Shown here: piece after piece, positions 16,982 to 25,448 of the stretch
Numbering within the stretch: the stretch's first letter is position 1
Layout of the letters: each line of letters starts with the position of its first letter
From: a virus
DNA length: 64,000 nt
Direction: 5' to 3' (one strand)
IMG/VR virus record: IMGVR_UViG_3300036864_000108
Coordinates: 5,755 to 69,754 of that record
Translations under genes and position numbers: made by a program
Notes under the pieces: model-generated
Told to the model about the DNA's origin: nothing
Seen by the model: only the letters and a program-made list of their open reading frames with translations
Databases searched by the model: none

Positions 16982-17241
16982 CTGGTTGTGACGTCCACGA
17001 AGACTTCATCGTCATCGACGCCGTAGGTCTTGCCGTACGCCTGCCGCGCAATCCGCTTTGCATCTGCGGCGTTGTCGGCTGCGATCCAGTACTCGTGGCG
17101 CGGGTAGTCCCAACCGGAGCAAACGGCGTGGTAGTTGCCGTTCAGGTCCATGCGGGGTGTGTCAAGCGTGGTGGCCATGGGGCCGCCTCCTTCCTTGGGG
17201 TTGTGGCTGGGGGTGACGACGGCCTCGATGTGCAGGTTCAT
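16978..17241 (-). CDS. Hypothetical protein (alternative start 17178, MATTLDT)
   Basis: Coupled ATG at 17241 plus an internal strong RBS and ATG. Confidence 0.55.
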   Translation of the reverse strand: MNLHIEAVVTPSHNPKEGGGPMATTLDTPRMDLNGNYHAVCSGWDYPRHEYWIAADNAADAKRIARQAYGKTYGVDDDEVFVDVTTR

Positions 17242-17381
17242 GAGATGACCTCCTGGATCAAGTGATCGCAGTGGCAGGCATCTAGCTTTTGGACGCCTGC
17301 GAGCCAGTGCTCAGCGGCATCTCGTGTGGGGAATGGGCGGGACGTGTAGTCGTCGCAGACGACTACGTACCGGGCGCTCAT
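17238..17381 (-). CDS. 47-aa Cys-containing protein
   Basis: Manual translation MSARYVVVCDDYTSRPFPTRDAAEHWL...CHCDH; ATGA-coupled both sides. Confidence 0.55.
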   Translation of the reverse strand: MSARYVVVCDDYTSRPFPTRDAAEHWLAGVQKLDACHCDHLIQEVIS

Positions 17382-17659
17382 GAGAGCGCCCGGGTGGTCT
17401 CAAGAACCGTCCCGTACTGAGAGACGATACGGACGGACCGGAAGATGGTCGCCTCGTCGGCGGCCACGTTGCGCAGCCACTCGGGGGTGGTGCCGCTGGC
17501 GACGGAGGTCCAGCGCCCGTCCTGGCGGACCTGCACGTAGGCGGTGAAGGGCAGGACACCGGAGACGGTGTGGGTGTCGAGTGTGGTGGCCATGGGGCCA
17601 CCCCCTTTCGGGGTTGTGGCCGGGGCGGTTCCCCGGCCAGGGTATGTTGTCTGCGTCAT
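17378..17659 (-). CDS. Hypothetical protein (leaderless start 17659; alternative start 17593, MATTLDT)
   Basis: ATG 7 nt after the -10 box; internal RBS and ATG. Confidence 0.55.
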   Translation of the reverse strand: MTQTTYPGRGTAPATTPKGGGPMATTLDTHTVSGVLPFTAYVQVRQDGRWTSVASGTTPEWLRNVAADEATIFRSVRIVSQYGTVLETTRALS

Positions 17660-17666
17660 GTAGACA

Positions 17667-17695
17667 ACGATAGGGCACCCAGCCACCCCTGTCAA
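17667..17695 (-). promoter_or_regulatory. Housekeeping-sigma promoter
   Basis: TTGACA-N17-TATCGT-N7-ATG. Confidence 0.8.
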
Positions 17696-17713
17696 GACTC
17701 GGCGACAAAGTTT

Positions 17714-19129
17714 CTAACGCCAGTCGACCTGGAGTCGGTGCGGGTTGAACCTGCGCGGCCCCTCGTGTGGTCGCACCCTGATCGCGGCGAACAGGCCGCG
17801 GGCAGCGATCCGCTTCTGCTCCGCCGTGAACCGGTCCCACCGCGCGGCGATGTCGTCACCTTCAAGGTTGCGGAGCAGCCTGGGCGGGTGGGCCAACTTC
17901 CGGCGCGCCACCGCCAACCTGCCCTCGATCGGGCGGCGGGCCTCGATCCACTCGGCGAACCCAATCAGCCGCTCCCCGTGCGCCCGGGCCAGGTCGCGGA
18001 GCTGTCGCTCGTCAGCGGCCATCTCCGCGCGCACAGCCTCGATGGCCGGGTCGGGGGTGGTGTCGCGGAGCCGCTGCCACGCCGCCGGGTCCGACGCCCA
18101 CGCGACGATCAACCGACCCACATGCTCATGCACCGGCTCAGCGTTGATCGCGATCCGCCCGCACCCGCCGAGATGCTTGGCGCATACGTAGCGTCGCTTC
18201 CCTTCGCGGGCCTGACCGGCGGAGAAGCCTTTCAGGGCGTGCCGGCACAGCCCGCAGCGGAGCGTCCCGGACAGCCAGTAGACGAGCCCGATGCGGTCGC
18301 TGCTCGCACGGTCGGCGAGGACCGCGCACAGCTCCTCCCACACGTCCCGGTCCAGGATGGCGGGCCACACAGCCTGCCCGATGATCCGCTTCTGGTGGGT
18401 GCGCAGCCCGGCGACCCTCGGCTTCGTCACGGCCGCCTTCAGCGCCCGGTCGGTCCACGGGCCGCCCTGCACCGTGGGGACTCCACGCTGGTTGAGATCC
18501 TTGACGATCCGGTAGAGGGGGTCACCGGCGAGGATCTTCGTGGCGGACTCAAGGATCACCTGCGCCTCACTGTCGTCGACGGTGACCCGGTCGTTCTTGT
18601 ATCCGTAGGGGCGGATGCCGCCGCCGCCGTACTTCCCTTCGGCGGCGAGATCCTCGTGTTTGCGTCGCACCCGCCTCGCCGTGTCACGGCTGGACTTGTT
18701 GTTCATGGCGGTGACGACCCTGGCCATCGCCACGCCCGCGTCGGTCGACAGATCGAGGCTGCCAGTGACCGCACGGTTGGGGATCAAATGCTGCTCCACC
18801 ACGTCGATCAGGTCCTCAAGGTCCCGCATGTCGCGGACGCACCGGTCAATGTCGTAGACGATCAGACCGTCGCGGTGACCGGAGTCAAGGTCGTCCAGTA
18901 GCCGCCGGAACTCGGGGCGGACCACACGTTTCGCCTTGCGACCGTCCGGGAGGACGATTTGGCGGCGCCGGTAGGCGGACACGTTCTGCTCGACGTACAC
19001 CTCGGCGATGCCCCAGCCGATGGCGGCGCCGAGTGACCGGCCGTCTTTCTCCTGCCGGTCCACACCCGCCAGGTCGTCGTCGCGGGCGTCGGACATGCGG
19101 ACGAGCAGTGCGGCGCGTCGCGGGGTCAC
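17714..19129 (-). CDS. int: Large serine recombinase (integrase)
   Basis: ALLVRMSD, GV.RQ, E.NVSA, RPEF..LL, YDIDR..R, PYGY, recombinase domain, LSG.LRCGLC zinc ribbon, coiled coil. Confidence 0.95.
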   Translation of the reverse strand: MTPRRAALLVRMSDARDDDLAGVDRQEKDGRSLGAAIGWGIAEVYVEQNVSAYRRRQIVLPDGRKAKRVVRPEFRRLLDDLDSGHRDGLIVYDIDRCVRDMRDLEDLIDVVEQHLIPNRAVTGSLDLSTDAGVAMARVVTAMNNKSSRDTARRVRRKHEDLAAEGKYGGGGIRPYGYKNDRVTVDDSEAQVILESATKILAGDPLYRIVKDLNQRGVPTVQGGPWTDRALKAAVTKPRVAGLRTHQKRIIGQAVWPAILDRDVWEELCAVLADRASSDRIGLVYWLSGTLRCGLCRHALKGFSAGQAREGKRRYVCAKHLGGCGRIAINAEPVHEHVGRLIVAWASDPAAWQRLRDTTPDPAIEAVRAEMAADERQLRDLARAHGERLIGFAEWIEARRPIEGRLAVARRKLAHPPRLLRNLEGDDIAARWDRFTAEQKRIAARGLFAAIRVRPHEGPRRFNPHRLQVDWR

Positions 19130-19201
19130 GCTCCGCTATGGTAGTCGTAACGTAGCGTCGGGCCGCGTACTCCACTGATGGCATACACAGGGTTGGCATA
19201 T
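19130..19201. other. Candidate attP / divergent promoter region
   Basis: AT-richer gap 5' of int with only weak dyad symmetry (catacac..atatatg); call is mainly positional. Confidence 0.3.
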
Positions 19202-19996
19202 ATGAGTCCAAGACGGACAACGGGACTGGTCGCCGCCGCCCGTGTCGTCATCACGACGGTCGCCGCGGTCGCCGCGATCATCGCCTCGTTTGTGTTCCTC
19301 CGCGGTCTGGCCGCCAGCACGGGTTGGCCTGGGTGGACTGGGTTGCTGTTACCGATGTCGGTGGATGCGCTCGCCGCGTCAGCGTGGCTCACCTACTGGA
19401 TCAGCGAGCCGGGGCAGCGTCGGTTCGCTGGGTGGGTGGGTGCGGCCGCCACCACCGCGAGCCTGGCTGGTAACGCCTTGTCGCATCTGCTTGTGACCGG
19501 GCAAGTCCACGCCGGATGGTTCCTGGTCGCCGTTGTGGGTTCGGTCCCAGCAGTGTCGCTGGCGCTGGTCGTGAAGATGGCGGTACCGGATCAGCCTGGC
19601 CCGGTATCACTGCGAGTGGAGGGTAGTACCAAACTCGCTACAAACTCGGCGCCGCGGGTTGGGCCCGGCGGTTCCGGGGCCGCAGCGGATGGACCGGATC
19701 GCACTGTGGGGGTCGACGGGTCCGGGACCGCCGGTACCAGCAACAGTGACAGCCCGGACCTGGTGCCGGTCAAGACCCCCGGTCAGCCGGTACCAGTACC
19801 CGTCGAGGTCCCCCCGCCTCCGAGTGCTGGTACCGGCGCCAGTGAGGCGGCGCTGTTGAACCGGTTCCTGGCCTCCGGGCGGGTACCGACGGTCGCGAAC
19901 GTGCAGGACGTGTGCGAGGTGTCCCGCCGTCAGGCCCTCAAGTTGGCCCCCCAGTTCAAGACCGTCATCGGTTCCGGTAACGGTCACGGCGAGTAG
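19202..19996 (+). CDS. DUF2637 / Spd-like membrane protein with C-terminal HTH
   Basis: Four TM helices: A.IASF..L..LA...G....LLP.SVD....SLAGNA.SH....VGSVPAVSL; Pro-rich linker; C-terminal PTVANVQDVCEVSRRQA. Confidence 0.8.
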   Translation: MSPRRTTGLVAAARVVITTVAAVAAIIASFVFLRGLAASTGWPGWTGLLLPMSVDALAASAWLTYWISEPGQRRFAGWVGAAATTASLAGNALSHLLVTGQVHAGWFLVAVVGSVPAVSLALVVKMAVPDQPGPVSLRVEGSTKLATNSAPRVGPGGSGAAADGPDRTVGVDGSGTAGTSNSDSPDLVPVKTPGQPVPVPVEVPPPPSAGTGASEAALLNRFLASGRVPTVANVQDVCEVSRRQALKLAPQFKTVIGSGNGHGE

Positions 19997-20010
19997 GGAG
20001 GGCGGACGAC

Positions 20011-20199
20011 ATGCCGTTCGGGTTCCGCAAATCGTGGCGGTTCGGGTCCCGCAACCTGCACCTGCGGTTGAACGCGTCCAGGAGCGGCGCGTCCTGGACG
20101 CTGAAGGTGGGGCCGTGGTCGTGGAACACAAGGCAGCGTCGGCACCGGGTTGATCTGCCGGGTCCCGCGTACTGGCAGTCACGGGGGCGTCGGCGGTGA
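20011..20199 (+). CDS. DUF4236-like small basic protein
   Basis: MPFGFRKS.RFG...RLNASRSGASW..KVGP..WN.......DLPGP.YW. Confidence 0.75.
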   Translation: MPFGFRKSWRFGSRNLHLRLNASRSGASWTLKVGPWSWNTRQRRHRVDLPGPAYWQSRGRRR

Positions 20200-20672
20200 C
20201 CGTGCTCACGTCGCGGCGTCACCGGCTGCCCAAGGGTGTGACCGTCGATGACCTGGACTTGCGTTGGCTGATCCCGCGTCACCGTGACCAGTTGGCAGCG
20301 GGGAAATTGCGGGTCCCGGATCAGGCGAACCACTTCCGGGACGGACACCCGGCCACGTTGGTCAGCGTCCCGGACGGGTTCGGTTGCCCCGTCGCGTGGA
20401 TCGACGTGGAGATCGCCGAGCTGATCTGGCGGCTGAACCGGGTTGGTGTCGACACTTTGGAGTGCTGCCAGGGAGGCGGGTACGACGTTTGGGGTGGTCG
20501 CGGTTCGGCGTACATCGCGTTCCCCGGTCCCACCCAGTGCAACCGCTTCCTCGCCCTCGCCGAGGATGCGCTGCGCGGTGAGGAAGTCGAACGCAGCTAT
20601 GGCCGGTCCCGTGTCGTCCGGTTCCCACACTCGCAGGTGCGCCGGATCACCCGGACAGTGAGGAACGCCTAG
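20196..20672 (+). CDS. Hypothetical protein
   Basis: IDVEIAELIWRLNRVGVDTLECCQG....AYIAF; coupled. Confidence 0.6.
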   Translation: MTVLTSRRHRLPKGVTVDDLDLRWLIPRHRDQLAAGKLRVPDQANHFRDGHPATLVSVPDGFGCPVAWIDVEIAELIWRLNRVGVDTLECCQGGGYDVWGGRGSAYIAFPGPTQCNRFLALAEDALRGEEVERSYGRSRVVRFPHSQVRRITRTVRNA

Positions 20673-20675
20673 CCG

Positions 20676-22658
20676 ATGGCCCGCCGCCTGGGTACCACGG
20701 TGCGCCGCGCCTCCACCGACGCGCGCACCGGCAGACATCCGCGCCCCTCACCGGAGGTGGGCCCGTTCGTCGCCCTCGCCGTGCTGGCGGTCCCCGCCGG
20801 GTTTGGGCTGCACTACGCGTGGGGCCGGACCCTGCCTGACGCGGCGGTCGCGGCGTCCGCGGTCAGCTTGGCCACCGTCGGCTTGTTCACGTTGACGGCG
20901 GTGCATGCGAGGCCCCGCCCGACGGTGCAACGTTGGCAGGCCGCCGGGTCAGTTGGGGTGTCGGGGGCTGTGTTGCTGCTGCTGCTGATCGTCGGCTGGT
21001 CGTGGTCCGCCCTGTCCGTCGCCGGGTTCGCGGTGGCGGTGAACACGGCCGCGTGGCTGCTGTTCCGGTCCAACGTGGTCCGCGGCGACGGTACCGACGA
21101 GCAGGAGGCGGGGGAGGACCGCACCGCCGTGGCGCTCGGTATCGAGGGGGCGAAGGCGCGGAAGGTCCACGAGGACGACGACAAGGTCGTCACGAAGATT
21201 CGGCCCGCGCTCGGCCAGTCACACAAGGACGTGCAGAAGATCGCGGAACCGTTGGCGACAGCCACACATGCGCCGGTCGGCGGGGTCCGGGTCCCCGTCA
21301 ACCCGGCCGACGCGGGGGACATCACCGTCGTCCGCATGAAACGCGACGTGCTCCACGACACCATCCTGTGGCCCGGCCCATCCAACCTTGGCGGCACGTT
21401 CGCCGATCCGCTGGAGGTGGGGCGGCGGGAGGATGGCACGGTCGCCCGCCTATGGTTCCCCGGCCGGCACACACGTTCCGGCACCCACCTGCTGATCATG
21501 GGCATGTCCGGGTCGGGTAAAGGCGAGTCGTTCCGGGTCACCGCCGCTGAGATCATGACCCGCCGGGATGTCCTTTTTTGGCTGATCGACTATGCGAAAC
21601 CGTGGCAGACCGCCCGCGGCATCGTCGGCGGGCTCGACCTGTTCGCCACCAGCAAAGCGGACGCCGGCCAGGTGATCGCGCATCTGCGGAAGTTCATCCC
21701 GTACCGGTCCCGGAAGCTGGGGCAGGCCGGGTGGGACCAGTGGGACGAGGACTGCCCCGTCCCCGCGATCGTCGTGTGGATCGAGGAGGCCGCGGAACTG
21801 TTCGCCGCCGACGAGCAGTGGGTGGAGCATCTGCCGCGGCTGGCTGAGCAGTGCCGTTCGGTGGGCGTGTTCCTCGTCTACTCGATTCAGCGGGCGCACT
21901 CCGCGAACATGGACACGAACGTCCGCGCCCAGCTCGGCGCCGGCTGGTGTTTCGGCGTCGATGGTGGCCGGGACGCCGAGTTCTGCCTGTCCCCCGTCAC
22001 CCTCGCGGCTGGCGCGGACCCGTCGTGGGGTAACAAGCGGGTCGGGTACGCCTACCTTGAGGCCCCGGGTATTGACGAGCAGGACTGGTCGCAGAAGATG
22101 CGCGGCTACCTCGCCAAACATGAGCAGCTAGTGGAGACGGTCGCGTCGGCTACTGACATCCGCTGCCCCGGTCTGCCCCCCGACGAGGCGGCGTTCTGGG
22201 GTGACATCTACACACGGTTGCACACCATCCAGTCCAATCCATCGGAGGCCCTGGTGCCCATCGAAGACCTCGCTGACGAGGACGGCTACGACGACACGAT
22301 CGTCCCGGTCGACCCGGAGTTGAAAGACGAAATCGACCCGTCGGAGCCGATCCTCCCGTATGACCCGGCGCGGGACGGCCCGGACATCGAGTTCCCGGAG
22401 CTCGTGTTCGACCCGAAGGAGTTGACGGCGGAGGAGGTGCGGGACGAGTTCGACAAGATGCTGCGGAAGTTGGCCGAGGAGGGGATCACCACAGTCAACA
22501 CGGTACTGCTGATGGAGCGGTGGCCGTACCGGAAACGCCCGTGGATTTCCAAGCAGATGAAGCGGCTGGAGAAGGCCGGTCAGGTGGAGCGGTACCAGGA
22601 ACGCCCGTTCGCGGAGGCTGAGTGGCGGCTGGTAGCCCTAGTGAGCGCCGCGCAGTGA
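20676..22658 (+). CDS. traB: TraB-type FtsK/SpoIIIE conjugative dsDNA translocase
   Basis: N-terminal TM helices; HLLIMGMSGSGKG (Walker A); IVVWIEEA (Walker B); RSVGV.LV.S.QRA; AGADPSWGNKRVGYAYL..PG; C-terminal wHTH RKRPWISKQMKRL as in Streptomyces plasmid TraB. Confidence 0.9.
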   Translation: MARRLGTTVRRASTDARTGRHPRPSPEVGPFVALAVLAVPAGFGLHYAWGRTLPDAAVAASAVSLATVGLFTLTAVHARPRPTVQRWQAAGSVGVSGAVLLLLLIVGWSWSALSVAGFAVAVNTAAWLLFRSNVVRGDGTDEQEAGEDRTAVALGIEGAKARKVHEDDDKVVTKIRPALGQSHKDVQKIAEPLATATHAPVGGVRVPVNPADAGDITVVRMKRDVLHDTILWPGPSNLGGTFADPLEVGRREDGTVARLWFPGRHTRSGTHLLIMGMSGSGKGESFRVTAAEIMTRRDVLFWLIDYAKPWQTARGIVGGLDLFATSKADAGQVIAHLRKFIPYRSRKLGQAGWDQWDEDCPVPAIVVWIEEAAELFAADEQWVEHLPRLAEQCRSVGVFLVYSIQRAHSANMDTNVRAQLGAGWCFGVDGGRDAEFCLSPVTLAAGADPSWGNKRVGYAYLEAPGIDEQDWSQKMRGYLAKHEQLVETVASATDIRCPGLPPDEAAFWGDIYTRLHTIQSNPSEALVPIEDLADEDGYDDTIVPVDPELKDEIDPSEPILPYDPARDGPDIEFPELVFDPKELTAEEVRDEFDKMLRKLAEEGITTVNTVLLMERWPYRKRPWISKQMKRLEKAGQVERYQERPFAEAEWRLVALVSAAQ

Positions 22659-22700
22659 GGGGCTGGGGAGGTTTCTACGTCCCCGTAGGGGACGGGGGGC

Positions 22701-22788
22701 GGAACACGGGGCGGAACACGGTGCGGAATACGAGGGGAACGCGGGCCGGAACGCGACGGAACACGGTAAGGAACACGGACGGAACACG
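22701..22788 (+). repeat. Array of eight 8-bp direct repeats, putative clt / TraB recognition sequences
   Basis: GGAACACG at 22701, 22713, 22758, 22770, 22781; GGAATACG at 22725; GGAACGCG at 22736, 22748; spacing 10-12 bp; just 3' of traB. Confidence 0.85.
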
Positions 22789-22803
22789 ACGACAGGAGAG
22801 GTC

Positions 22804-23151
22804 ATGACCGACGTTTCGATCTTCGACACCGAATTGAAGCGCACCTCGGACTACCTGGAGTACTTGGAGAAGCTGCGGCATCACGGGAAGGACTTGGCGG
22901 ATGCGATCAACACGACGGCGGGGCTGCTGGAGTTGAAGCTGCGGGCGCATGTCCGTGCGAACTCGGGCAGGTACGGCGGCGCGAACGCGTACAACACGGC
23001 CCGGCTGGCGATGAAGCCGGTGAAGCATGCGGGCGGGTCGGCGCAGGAGATCGCGAATTCGGCGCGCGCCGCGTTGATCATCTATCAGCGTCGGATCGTG
23101 ACCCCGTACATGGAGGAGCCGGTCAAGTCACCATTCGACGTCGAACACTGA
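22804..23151 (+). CDS. TraA-like plasmid transfer accessory protein
   Basis: Helical 115 aa, A..TARLAMKPVKHA......A; position next to traB; RBS CAGGAGAGG. Confidence 0.55.
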   Translation: MTDVSIFDTELKRTSDYLEYLEKLRHHGKDLADAINTTAGLLELKLRAHVRANSGRYGGANAYNTARLAMKPVKHAGGSAQEIANSARAALIIYQRRIVTPYMEEPVKSPFDVEH

Positions 23152-23195
23152 CGTAGCCGTCTGTGTCTGGCGCGTGTCATGCTGGAGACTGAACT

Positions 23196-23501
23196 GTGAG
23201 CGAGGACAAGACCATGGACGTGCAAGCCGAGTGGGACGGCCAGCCCTTCGCCGACCTGCGCACCACTGGCCTGTTGTGGCTGATCAACGCCAGCGTGTTC
23301 CACCCCCGCGGCTACGCCTTGGCGTTGCATTCCGACGAATCCGGGGACTGCGTCGGCTGGTCACTGCTAGGCGACGGGTCCGAACCGTGGACGTTCCCGG
23401 ATGACTGCGACGCCGAGTTCACTGCCGCGTCCCGCCTATTCGCAGGCCCTGAACCGGGGACCGCTGCGACGTCGAAGCCCGCGGGTTCCTCGCCGAGTTG
23501 A
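23196..23501 (+). CDS. Hypothetical protein
   Basis: LRTTGLLWLINASVFHPRGYALAL......GW.LLGDG.EPW.F. Confidence 0.65.
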   Translation: MSEDKTMDVQAEWDGQPFADLRTTGLLWLINASVFHPRGYALALHSDESGDCVGWSLLGDGSEPWTFPDDCDAEFTAASRLFAGPEPGTAATSKPAGSSPS

Positions 23502-23525
23502 CCAACCGCAGGTGGGAGGTTCGCT

Positions 23526-23876
23526 GTGCGTGAGTTGGAGCGGGAGCACGCCCGCCTGTCGGCTGCCCGGGCGTTGGGGGAACGGCATCCGCATTGGTAT
23601 CTGCATCGCGGCATGGTGTGGTGGGTCGTGTTCAGCGCGGCGGTGATCGGCGCTGTGTTGTGGGCGGGACGTGAGGGCGCCGCGGTGCTGGCCCGGGTGG
23701 ACGCCCCGTCGATGCCCCGCCTGTCGCTGCCGGACTTGCCGGGTGTGCCGTGGCTGACCGTGGCCTGGGTAGTCGCGGTGCTTGCGGTGGTCGGGCTGGC
23801 GGTGTGGTTGTGGCACCGCCGGTCCTACGGGTTGCCGTGGCGGTACCGGCTGCGACGCCTGTTCCGGCGGTACTGA
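23526..23876 (+). CDS. Two-TM membrane protein
   Basis: Two hydrophobic helices, basic C-terminus, RBS GGAGG. Confidence 0.6.
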   Translation: MRELEREHARLSAARALGERHPHWYLHRGMVWWVVFSAAVIGAVLWAGREGAAVLARVDAPSMPRLSLPDLPGVPWLTVAWVVAVLAVVGLAVWLWHRRSYGLPWRYRLRRLFRRY

Positions 23877-23888
23877 CCCCCAGACACG

Positions 23889-23927
23889 AAAAACGCCGCC
23901 GCTCCCCCCGAGGGGAGCGGCGGCGTA
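23889..23927 (-). terminator. Intrinsic (likely bidirectional) terminator between converging transfer and lysis units
   Basis: ACGCCGCCGCTCCCC-ccga-GGGGAGCGGCGGCGT with a T-run on the minus strand. Confidence 0.85.
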
Positions 23928-23955
23928 ATGACCCGCCAGAAGGGCGTGGCCGAGT

Positions 23956-24252
23956 CTAGCGGGGCGGCGGCCCAGGGTCGTCGATGACCCCACCCAAGTC
24001 GCGGACGCCTTTTTCGAACCGGCCGATCCGGTGCGGCGGCAGCGTCGGCGGCGCGTTGCTTTTCGTCAGGTACCCGGCTGCCCATGCCACCGCACCGACC
24101 AGGGCGGCGGCCAGCGCCGGGTCCAGTGTGTAGCCGAGCGCGTCGGCGACGAGGACGAGGATGGTGGCGGCGACACCGGTGATCCCGGTGGCGGCCATTT
24201 TGCGGGTGGGCGCGGCCGACGGCTGACTCACCTTCCGGTGGGTGCTCACCAC
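23956..24252 (-). CDS. Holin
   Basis: QPSAAPTRKMAA, two TM helices, ..AGYLTK; last gene of the lysis unit. Confidence 0.7.
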   Translation of the reverse strand: MVSTHRKVSQPSAAPTRKMAATGITGVAATILVLVADALGYTLDPALAAALVGAVAWAAGYLTKSNAPPTLPPHRIGRFEKGVRDLGGVIDDPGPPPR

Positions 24253-24422
24253 GTTGTCAGCCGAAGTCGCATATTGGGGCTGTGCGTCACGTCGGGGCCG
24301 TGAACGCAGCCGGCGTGCGGGGGCCGGTCGTCGAACTGGACGGGTTGGCCTTCGTCGATCACCCGGTCGATGTTCTCATCGGGGGTGTCGGGCTCGTCAA
24401 ACTCGTCGGTCGGCCCGGTCAT
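24246..24422 (-). CDS. Small acidic protein in lysis cassette
   Basis: Manual translation MTGPTDEFDEPDTPDENIDRVIDEG...; coupled both sides. Confidence 0.45.
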   Translation of the reverse strand: MTGPTDEFDEPDTPDENIDRVIDEGQPVQFDDRPPHAGCVHGPDVTHSPNMRLRLTTW

Positions 24423-24916
24423 GCGACGCCTCGTCTCGCCGCCTCGTCGTTTGTCGCCACCGAGATGCGGGCAACGTCAGCGTCGGACAGCCCAGCCAGC
24501 CCCTTGTCGAGGAGAGCCTGCGCCAACGCGGCCTCGTCCACGTCCCCGGCCGGCTGGGCGGCGAGCGCGTCCAGTTTCGCGCCGAGGCCAGTCAGGTCCG
24601 GCGCGCCCGCCTTGACGATCGCAGCTGCGGACGTCTTCAGTGCGTCGAGCTCGGCCTGGGTGATCTGGGTGGTGGTGTCGTGCGCGATGTGCGCCTTCCG
24701 TAGCGCGTTCAGGACGGCCATGCTGGACAGGCCGTACACCAGTCCGGGGCCGACGAGGTACTGGTTGGCGTTGCCGGTGACTTGCACGCAGGCCAACCTG
24801 GGGCCGTGGGTTGCTGCCACGATTTCCCTCCTGATCGCCGCGACGAGGGTGGTGAGCATCCACTGCTGGTCGGCCGTGTTGAGGGTCATGGGCGTGATTG
24901 CTTCGGGTGCCGTCAA
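24419..24916 (-). CDS. Non-catalytic endolysin C-terminal-like / scaffold subunit
   Basis: N-terminal TLNTADQQWML helix; helical C-terminus DVDEAALAQAL....LSDADVARI..A..DE.ARR resembling actinophage lysin tails. Confidence 0.6.
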   Translation of the reverse strand: MTAPEAITPMTLNTADQQWMLTTLVAAIRREIVAATHGPRLACVQVTGNANQYLVGPGLVYGLSSMAVLNALRKAHIAHDTTTQITQAELDALKTSAAAIVKAGAPDLTGLGAKLDALAAQPAGDVDEAALAQALLDKGLAGLSDADVARISVATNDEAARRGVA

Positions 24917-24929
24917 CGTGTGCCTCCTG

Positions 24930-25448
24930 TCAGGTGACTGCGGTGGGGGCGAACGTGCCGGTCAGCCACGCCTTGTCGGCGCCGGTCAGCGACCGGGGCG
25001 GCGGGGTGAACGGGAACCGTGCCCACGAGGGGCGGGGATGGTAGTCGCGGCCCATGCGGGCGAGCCCGTCGTAACCGGCGTCGTAGAACTGCACCTGTTC
25101 CTGCGCCGCACCGGCGAGACCGGGTTCGTCGCGGACGATCACATGGATGTGGGGGTCGAACCCGCCGTGCGCAGCGTCGCGGTACCAGGCGGGGCCGCCG
25201 CAGCGGCGACGCAGCTCCACAACGAGCGGTTCGATTTTGGCGGCGGGGAGGTTCCAGGTGCGCAGGTCCGCGGCCCCGCCACCGGAGTGTGTGCCGGCGC
25301 TCGCCGAACCGGAAGCCCAGGAGCCTTGGACGACGACGATGACGGCCGGGTCGATTCCGGCTGCGGCGGCTGCGGCGTCGATGATCGCGTTCACCCGGCG
25401 GGTGACGGTCCCCAGGTTGCGGGTGACCCGCTCACCGGCCCAGGTCAT
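24930..25448 (-). CDS. Endolysin catalytic subunit, M15-like zinc peptidase
   Basis: QGSW....SAGTHSGGGAADL...AWYR.....FDPHIH; Q...YDAGYDGL. Confidence 0.8.
   Translation of the reverse strand: MTWAGERVTRNLGTVTRRVNAIIDAAAAAAGIDPAVIVVVQGSWASGSASAGTHSGGGAADLRTWNLPAAKIEPLVVELRRRCGGPAWYRDAAHGGFDPHIHVIVRDEPGLAGAAQEQVQFYDAGYDGLARMGRDYHPRPSWARFPFTPPPRSLTGADKAWLTGTFAPTAVT

Noticed and set aside
22701-22788. Repeat array as a CRISPR array or as the 61-aa ORF 22622..22807
   Set aside because: Repeats are only 8 bp with 2-4 bp spacers and no cas operon is present. Spacing breaks reading-frame periodicity, so a coding explanation is weak.
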